64,000 nucleotides of DNA. Source: Syntrophorhabdaceae bacterium. GTDB lineage: Bacteria > Desulfobacterota > Syntrophorhabdia > Syntrophorhabdales > Syntrophorhabdaceae. The stretch is from assembly GCA_963665295.1 (NCBI GenBank), contig OY762209.1, positions 1,024,001 to 1,088,000 on the forward strand, read 5' to 3'. The notes beneath the pieces are model-generated. The model worked only from the letters and a program-made list of their open reading frames with translations, had not been told where the DNA came from and searched no databases. A program made the translations under genes and the position numbers. Positions 58,699-64,000 of the stretch are shown here, one piece after another; position 1 is the first letter of the stretch, and each line of letters starts with the position of its first letter.

Positions 58699-61600
58699 TT
58701 ATACCCCCTCCGTATCCCACATTCTTTTCATAAACTCTTCTTCGATGAGACGGACCTTCCATGTGTCGCCTTCTTTCAGAAGATTGGGCAGGTTGTTGCT
58801 CCCATTGACGTAAATTGTATCGAACTCAAAATCACGAGTACTGATACGATTCTTCTCGAACCACTCGTCGAGCATGAGGTTATCCGTCTCCGGATCACCG
58901 GTCAGTCTTCGCCAGACGATGAGCACCTTTTCCTTTTGGCCGTTGTTTGGGTTTTGCCGGTCTTTCGGGACCCAGCCTTCAACCTTGCGGAACCACCAGC
59001 GACAATGATCAGGTGACAATGAACAATGAGCAGGTGACAATGAACAATGAGCAGGTGACAATGAACAATGAGCAGGTGACAATGAACAATGAGCAGGTGA
59101 CAATGAACAATGAGCAGGTGACAATGAACAATGATCAGGTGACAATGAACAATGATCAGGTGACAATGAACAATGATCAGGGTCATCTTTTGGTTCAATT
59201 TGTTCATTGTTCATTGATAATTGTTCATTGACCTTCCGCATCTTGCCGTCAATGACAAGCTTCGTATGCTGATCGGTGGGAAGCTCCGGATCGGAAAGTC
59301 GCATGAAGCCTGCCGTAAAGACCTGGGGTTCGGCAATGTGGATCACTCTGAGGCCAATAAGGTAATTGAAGGTTTCGAGGAGGTCCACGTTGCGGTTCAC
59401 GTATTCGTCGCTTCCCGGCTTCTTCACTTTCAAAGTATAGGCGGTGGGATCGGAAAAAGCATCGATATTGAGAAGCGATTGACTCCCCTTTGTCTCCACA
59501 TCAAGGAGATAGTGGAGCATGAAATCCTCTTCGAGGGAAGCATTGGCCGCCACCGCCTTATCGCGGGTCGGGTTAACGTCAAAACGGAGGTTGTTCAGAG
59601 TGTCTTCGTAGGATTCGAGGCGGAGGTACTTGAAGCAGTGGGAGATACCCGTGTGACGGGCTGTGGGCTTGCCGTCTTTCCAGTCAGCGGAATAGACCAC
59701 CTTCACTATTCGAGGTTTGAGCACGGTGTCGAAATAGTCACCCATTTCAACGAGGATATACTTCCGGTTACCGCTATCTCCTCGATTGAGGTTAATGACG
59801 GCGTGAGCGGTAGTGCCAGACCCGGCAAAGTAGTCGAGAACGATACCATCATATTCTTCTTTCAGTCCACACACCGCGAGGCAATCCTCAACGGCATATA
59901 ACGATTTTGGGTACGAGAACACATTGTAGGTGTCAAAATATTGTTTCAGTAAGCCAGTTCCATGTTCTGTAGCCGAGTACTTCGCGTCTACCCAGGTCGT
60001 GAGTGGGAGAACCCCATCTTTGCCTGGTCTGAATCGGTAGTACACGGTAATGGAGTCTCCTTGGACTTTTGCCCGGTAATCTTTCGAAGAGTTCGTTATG
60101 TTCTCAGGTTTTCCGCGCCACCTTCGCTCAGCACCTTGTTCGTCAATTGGGTAGACCACGATTTCGTCGGCCTTCGGTTGCTCCGTAATATCCCACGTCC
60201 TGCAGTCGTCATTCCAATTCATTTTCGGTATACGAACGCTTTCTCCGCAAATATATAGGGGATAATAAAGTGAAGGCCGGTCTTTGCGTTCCGAATTGGA
60301 GCCTCGCTTTCTGAACAACTCCCACATATAAGCCCGGCCTTTTTCGTCGTTGTGTCTATAACGAGCGGCTTGTTTTTCCGATCTTGGAAGCTTAGAGATG
60401 GTTGCGGCGGGAGTATTCTTCATGAAGATGGCATATTCATGGGACTGTGCAAATCCCGAAGGAACAGGGCGTCCCGATGGGTTCATCCTTATTGTTACCG
60501 TGCCTGCGTGGCAATTCTGGTCGAACTCCTGTTCCAAAAGGAAATGAAGTTCCTTCTGTTGGTAATCATCGATTGTTGCACAGAGTATCCCACTGACCGG
60601 CAAAAGAAGTTTTGATATGTGAACTCGGTCAGCAAGCAGTGATATCCAGGAAGAACTTCGGTATCCATTCTTGTAGCTAATCGGTCCAGCATCTGTGTTG
60701 TATGGGGGGTCGATATATATGGACCTTATCCTTTCTTTATATCGCTCCCTTAACTGGTTCAGGGCCTGGAAATTCTCCGAATGAATCAGCAAGCCATCGC
60801 ACTGTTCGTCCAATCCTTCAATTGATGAAACAAGCCGCTCCTTAAACTTATCATCAAAAAATTGAGTATCGAGCACCAGTTTATTGTGGGCTTTCAGAAA
60901 AGCCAACGTGAGAGGTCTGGAGTAGCCCGGCGTATCGGGGGCAGCTAAATCACCGCGCACCATCTCGATCCCGTCAATCGCAAAGAGTTTCACCCACTCC
61001 TCGCGTTGAGCCTCATTGGCGGCTATCTCCGGATAGAGGTCTTCGGGTATCCGATCAAGGGTGATGCAGTAATTAGTCTCCACAACGAACTTCTTCTTTA
61101 GCCAGAGCTTCTTCTGGAAGTTTTCGAGCTGCGCGAGAAAGTCGATCAGTTTTCCGGCTATTCTCCGGAGGACCTTGATTTTTGCCAGATAGCTTTCTAC
61201 TGCCGGGGCTTCGGCGTTCTCAATGTCATCGAGGCGCATCACCTCGTTTTTGATATAGAAGTCCAGCTCCCGGCGGAGGAAAGCGCCCAGGTCTTTGTGG
61301 ATGAAGTAATCCATGGTGTTCCGTGCCGTATACTGGTTCACATATTTTGCCAGGAGGGGCCGTTTCTTGTCGTTCTCCGTGGGGGCAGGGATGCTGAAAA
61401 GGCGTAAATAGGCCGCCAGACTCGCCATGTCGCCGGCCATTGCCTTCAGCGACGAAAGAATGGCCGCCACGGCCTCGACATTTCTCTTGTCTTTCCATGT
61501 ACCTTCCTGCCCTGATTTTTCCGGGTCGGGACGGTACTCAAAGTTGACCACCATCTCACCCGCATCATTCAATTCAACAGGCTTCTCCTTGTGAATAATG

Positions 61601-62325
61601 AAGTAACGCTTGGTTGCGTCACTGGCCTTAACATTGCCGTGTTCCCCTTCTGTTGCCTCGACGATACGGAAGTTCACCCTGAATCCATCAGGAATGTTCT
61701 CCTCGGCGGCACCAAAGAGACCGCCCATTCCAGGGTCCTTTTCTTTCGTGTTCTTTTGTATCTGGGCTTGTGCAGCTGACGAAAGATCGAAGGTGAAATT
61801 GGAAAAATACTCCGTGGTCTTAATATAGTACTGGTCAGCGTTGGCCCAGTGGAGCTTGACTTCTTCCCCGCTGTAAGGCACAGCAAAAGGCGCGGAACGT
61901 CCTTCTGTCTCACGGGCATAGTACCGACGGGAAATAAAATCGCCGTCGTCATAATAGCGCTCAAAGAAGCGGTAAAGGTGGTCGTAAATGTCCGCCTCGG
62001 CAGCGACGGAACCCGCGACTGCCTCGTATCGCCCCCGAACTTCTTTCACTGCGTCGGTCTGCTCGGGATCGGGGGCTCCAAACTTTCTTGCCGTCTCTAT
62101 GGCGTCATCTATTTTTGCCTGCAGTGTTGTTTTCTGTATCTGGTCAACTTCTCCGAAGGCATCCTCCACGATTTTAAGAAGGTCCTTTTCAATAAACTCC
62201 GAAACCTGTCGGGCCTTGGCATGCATAATCCGGTAGAAACCGAAATCGAGGTCAGGCTGGTCAAGCTGAAAAAGCTCCTTCAGTTTCTTAAGGAGACGGG
62301 TCCGAAGTTGTTCTGTGGTGGGCAT
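58699..62325 (-). CDS. mod: Type III RM Mod subunit (N6-adenine DNA methyltransferase) with in-frame repeat insertion
   Basis: DLDFGFYRIM N-terminus, NTMDYFIHKDL, IYIDPPYN, YPKS, DYFAGSGTT; GGAG RBS before ATG 62325. Confidence 0.92.
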   Translation of the reverse strand: MPTTEQLRTRLLKKLKELFQLDQPDLDFGFYRIMHAKARQVSEFIEKDLLKIVEDAFGEVDQIQKTTLQAKIDDAIETARKFGAPDPEQTDAVKEVRGRYEAVAGSVAAEADIYDHLYRFFERYYDDGDFISRRYYARETEGRSAPFAVPYSGEEVKLHWANADQYYIKTTEYFSNFTFDLSSAAQAQIQKNTKEKDPGMGGLFGAAEENIPDGFRVNFRIVEATEGEHGNVKASDATKRYFIIHKEKPVELNDAGEMVVNFEYRPDPEKSGQEGTWKDKRNVEAVAAILSSLKAMAGDMASLAAYLRLFSIPAPTENDKKRPLLAKYVNQYTARNTMDYFIHKDLGAFLRRELDFYIKNEVMRLDDIENAEAPAVESYLAKIKVLRRIAGKLIDFLAQLENFQKKLWLKKKFVVETNYCITLDRIPEDLYPEIAANEAQREEWVKLFAIDGIEMVRGDLAAPDTPGYSRPLTLAFLKAHNKLVLDTQFFDDKFKERLVSSIEGLDEQCDGLLIHSENFQALNQLRERYKERIRSIYIDPPYNTDAGPISYKNGYRSSSWISLLADRVHISKLLLPVSGILCATIDDYQQKELHFLLEQEFDQNCHAGTVTIRMNPSGRPVPSGFAQSHEYAIFMKNTPAATISKLPRSEKQAARYRHNDEKGRAYMWELFRKRGSNSERKDRPSLYYPLYICGESVRIPKMNWNDDCRTWDITEQPKADEIVVYPIDEQGAERRWRGKPENITNSSKDYRAKVQGDSITVYYRFRPGKDGVLPLTTWVDAKYSATEHGTGLLKQYFDTYNVFSYPKSLYAVEDCLAVCGLKEEYDGIVLDYFAGSGTTAHAVINLNRGDSGNRKYILVEMGDYFDTVLKPRIVKVVYSADWKDGKPTARHTGISHCFKYLRLESYEDTLNNLRFDVNPTRDKAVAANASLEEDFMLHYLLDVETKGSQSLLNIDAFSDPTAYTLKVKKPGSDEYVNRNVDLLETFNYLIGLRVIHIAEPQVFTAGFMRLSDPELPTDQHTKLVIDGKMRKVNEQLSMNNEQIEPKDDPDHCSLSPDHCSLSPDHCSLSPAHCSLSPAHCSLSPAHCSLSPAHCSLSPAHCSLSPDHCRWWFRKVEGWVPKDRQNPNNGQKEKVLIVWRRLTGDPETDNLMLDEWFEKNRISTRDFEFDTIYVNGSNNLPNLLKEGDTWKVRLIEEEFMKRMWDTEGV
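59001..59181. repeat. 21-bp tandem array (8 full units + 1 partial) inside mod, built from 7-nt subunits
   Basis: GACAATGAACAATGA(G/T)CAGGT at 59015, 59036, 59057, 59078, 59099, 59120, 59141, 59162; encodes (P[DA]HCSLS)n. Confidence 0.97.
59200..59232. repeat. Inverted heptamer arm complementary to the 21-bp array
   Basis: TTGTTCATTGTTCATTGATAATTGTTCATTGAC. Confidence 0.9.
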
Positions 62326-62329
62326 TTTT

Positions 62330-62645
62330 TCAATCTCCAATCATCAATGATCAATGAACACTTCTCTTGCGCGAGCACTCTCATGCGCCCGTTTCGGTTT
62401 GTCCATTGTCAATTGTTTACTGTCCATTGTCCCTTGTCAATCTCCAATCATCAATGATCAATGAACACTTCTCTTGCGCGAGCACTCTCATGCGCCCGTT
62501 TCGGTTTGTCCATTGTCAATTGTTTACTGTCCATTGTCCCTTGTCAATCTCCAATCATCAATGATCAATGAACACTTCTCTTGCGCGAGCACTCTCATGC
62601 GCCCGTTTCGGTTTGTCCATTGTCAATTGTTTACTGTTCATTGTC
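62330..62645. repeat. Three tandem 107-bp hairpin-forming units between the four-helix-bundle gene and mod
   Basis: Copies start at 62330, 62437 and 62544 and are essentially identical; each has CAATGA-type and CATTGT-type arms around a GC-rich core. Confidence 0.97.
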
Positions 62646-63049
62646 TTGCTTATTCTCGTCTTCTTCAAAATAGCAAAAAGGATGGCAGCCACCTCATCCA
62701 CACAGGGAAAAATACTCTCAAAAGACTTGGCGTCCAGGTATCCGGTATCTTTGAGCAAATTCAGCCAATATTTCGTCTCTTGCGCCTCCTTGTATGCGAT
62801 AGAAACCTTGGCCGAAAGATCGGCTTCGGAAATAGCTCCTTTCGCCTCGGCCAGATTTGCCCCAATCGAGGTTCCGCTTTTGAGCAATTGTCTCGACAGC
62901 ACAAACTCACGTTTCTGTTCTGTTAACTGCTTGTAAATATGGACAATGCGAATAGCCAGTGCGTAGGATTTCTCATACGCAGGATTAGGTTTGCTCATTG
63001 TCATCTGTCCATTGCTCATTGTCATCTGCCCATTGTCCATTGTCCTCAT
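62558..63049 (-). CDS. Four helix bundle protein (TIGR02436 / 23S rRNA IVP / bAvd-like); alternative start at 62998
   Basis: KSYALAIRIV..LSRQLLKSGTSIGANLAEA..S.ADL.AK..IAYKEAQETKYWL.LL; ATG overlaps the upstream gene's TGA. Confidence 0.9.
   Translation of the reverse strand: MRTMDNGQMTMSNGQMTMSKPNPAYEKSYALAIRIVHIYKQLTEQKREFVLSRQLLKSGTSIGANLAEAKGAISEADLSAKVSIAYKEAQETKYWLNLLKDTGYLDAKSFESIFPCVDEVAAILFAILKKTRISKTMNSKQLTMDKPKRAHESARAREVFIDH
62992..63045. repeat. Heptamer/21-bp repeat at the 5' end of the four-helix-bundle gene
   Basis: Minus strand CAATGGA CAATGGG CAGATGA CAATGAG CAATGGA CAGATGA CAATGAG; encodes MDNGQMT MSNGQMT. Confidence 0.9.
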
Positions 63050-64000
63050 ACCACTCTCCACCGGATCGTAAAGACCGGTGTGATCGTTGTTCTTTGCTGC
63101 ATGCGTTTCACAAGCTTCTCAACAAGCTGGTCTCTTTTCGCGGTAATCTCATCTTCCATGTCAAATATCTTTTCTCGCAATGTTCGTTTTCTGCGTTCAA
63201 GCTTGACAATCTCCTCCTGAATTCCATGTTGCTCCTCCATGGTCGATGCCTGACGGCTTCTTCGCTGGAGATCACGGACTTGGCGTTTGACATCATCGAG
63301 TTCTTTCTGTGCGGCCATTTCCATGTCTTCAGCCCATTTATCAAGTTGCTGACAAGCTTCGTTAAAGTGCCGGTTGTTTTCTTCGAGATTACGGGCAATG
63401 GTTGCCTCTGCATATTGTTGGCTGTCGGCGTTTAGACGATTATCGATAGCCACAGGAAGGGTGTCTGCTGGAACGGCTTGACCGCTACAACTAAAGAGTT
63501 TTTCGCAGGTCTCTTGGTCGACGTTATTGCCCACATCATCAACGGCCGTAAAAAGCAGGAATTCTTCGCTGTCGAAGGAGTCTATCCGTAAATGACGGAG
63601 GATAAGCCAGCCCGAGTTTCCTTTGAGCCCTTCCACCATGGAAATTTTTGTCGGATGGTTACTTATGTCGAATTTGATCTCCTTCAAGGGGCATTCATAT
63701 TCGGTGCCCCTCGCGATAACGTGCTCGCCAAGGGGATGGCCCAGACGGTACAGGTAGTCACCGGGTATATTTTCCCGGTTCTTGGATATGAGATGATAAC
63801 GTCCCGGCGAAGCCCCGGCAACAGGTGAAGAATTAAGTATAAATGAAAGGTCGGCATCATCGAACAAAGCGTACTCTGACAGTGTGTGTTTTGTGAGACT
63901 CCAGAAAAGACGGCCAATGCGGTCAAGCTTCTCCTGTGTGCCCGATATGTTTACCTTCAGCCGGGTATGCACATCTTCATCGAAGTTCTCCATGAGAAGC
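63046..64000 (-). CDS. C-terminal part of a probable SNF2-related helicase (5' end outside window)
   Basis: Frame open to the window edge; 'LMENFDEDVH..YRLGHPLG..LDKWAED..coiled coil..VFTIRWRVV' resembles C-termini of SNF2-like proteins found upstream of type III mod; helicase motifs not visible here. Confidence 0.65.
   Translation of the reverse strand, partial: LLMENFDEDVHTRLKVNISGTQEKLDRIGRLFWSLTKHTLSEYALFDDADLSFILNSSPVAGASPGRYHLISKNRENIPGDYLYRLGHPLGEHVIARGTEYECPLKEIKFDISNHPTKISMVEGLKGNSGWLILRHLRIDSFDSEEFLLFTAVDDVGNNVDQETCEKLFSCSGQAVPADTLPVAIDNRLNADSQQYAEATIARNLEENNRHFNEACQQLDKWAEDMEMAAQKELDDVKRQVRDLQRRSRQASTMEEQHGIQEEIVKLERRKRTLREKIFDMEDEITAKRDQLVEKLVKRMQQRTTITPVFTIRWRVV

Noticed and set aside
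58902..59231. ORFs 58902-59207(-) '(LLIVHCH)n' and 58947-59231(+) '(NNEQVTM)n'
   Set aside because: Alternative-frame readings of the 21-bp array inside mod; no independent RBS or domain
62330..62645. CRISPR array
   Set aside because: The would-be spacers are identical, so it is a plain tandem repeat; no cas genes in the window
62558..63049. Diversity-generating retroelement (because of the Avd-like protein)
   Set aside because: No reverse transcriptase in the window and no template/variable repeat pair differing at adenines

Overview
Origin-of-replication region of a GC-rich bacterial chromosome. The gene content is Deltaproteobacteria-like, possibly Syntrophorhabdus-like; this is inference only. 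From left to right: glyS(3' end)-ppdK-queH-DUF2905-dsbC; nitroreductase; a cluster of secreted/surface proteins (NHL + 3x IPT/TIG protein, Cys-rich thaumatin-domain protein); isochorismatase-chrA; a 7-PAS hybrid kinase; tRNA-Ala(CGC); galT-glgA-kinase-regulator; rhomboid; a perfect parS site overlapping the start of a B12-radical SAM gene; tRNA-Leu(TAG); a PocR/PAS kinase and a cheA-less cheY-MCP-cheW cassette; a long dnaA-dnaN-gyrB-coaE-rho-rpmE-prfA-prmC-murA-hisDGBH run; a probable bipartite oriC around dnaA; ileS-lspA; and a defence island (SNF2-like helicase, four-helix-bundle gene, type III mod, rhuM, type III res). The most unusual signal is a family of 7-nt-period CAATGRA/TYCATTG hairpin repeats. 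They flank the four-helix-bundle gene, form three 107-bp units ahead of mod, and sit in frame inside mod as a 21-bp array with an inverted arm. Also notable are an extreme local C>>G strand skew that starts at parS and a bacterial thaumatin-domain surface protein.
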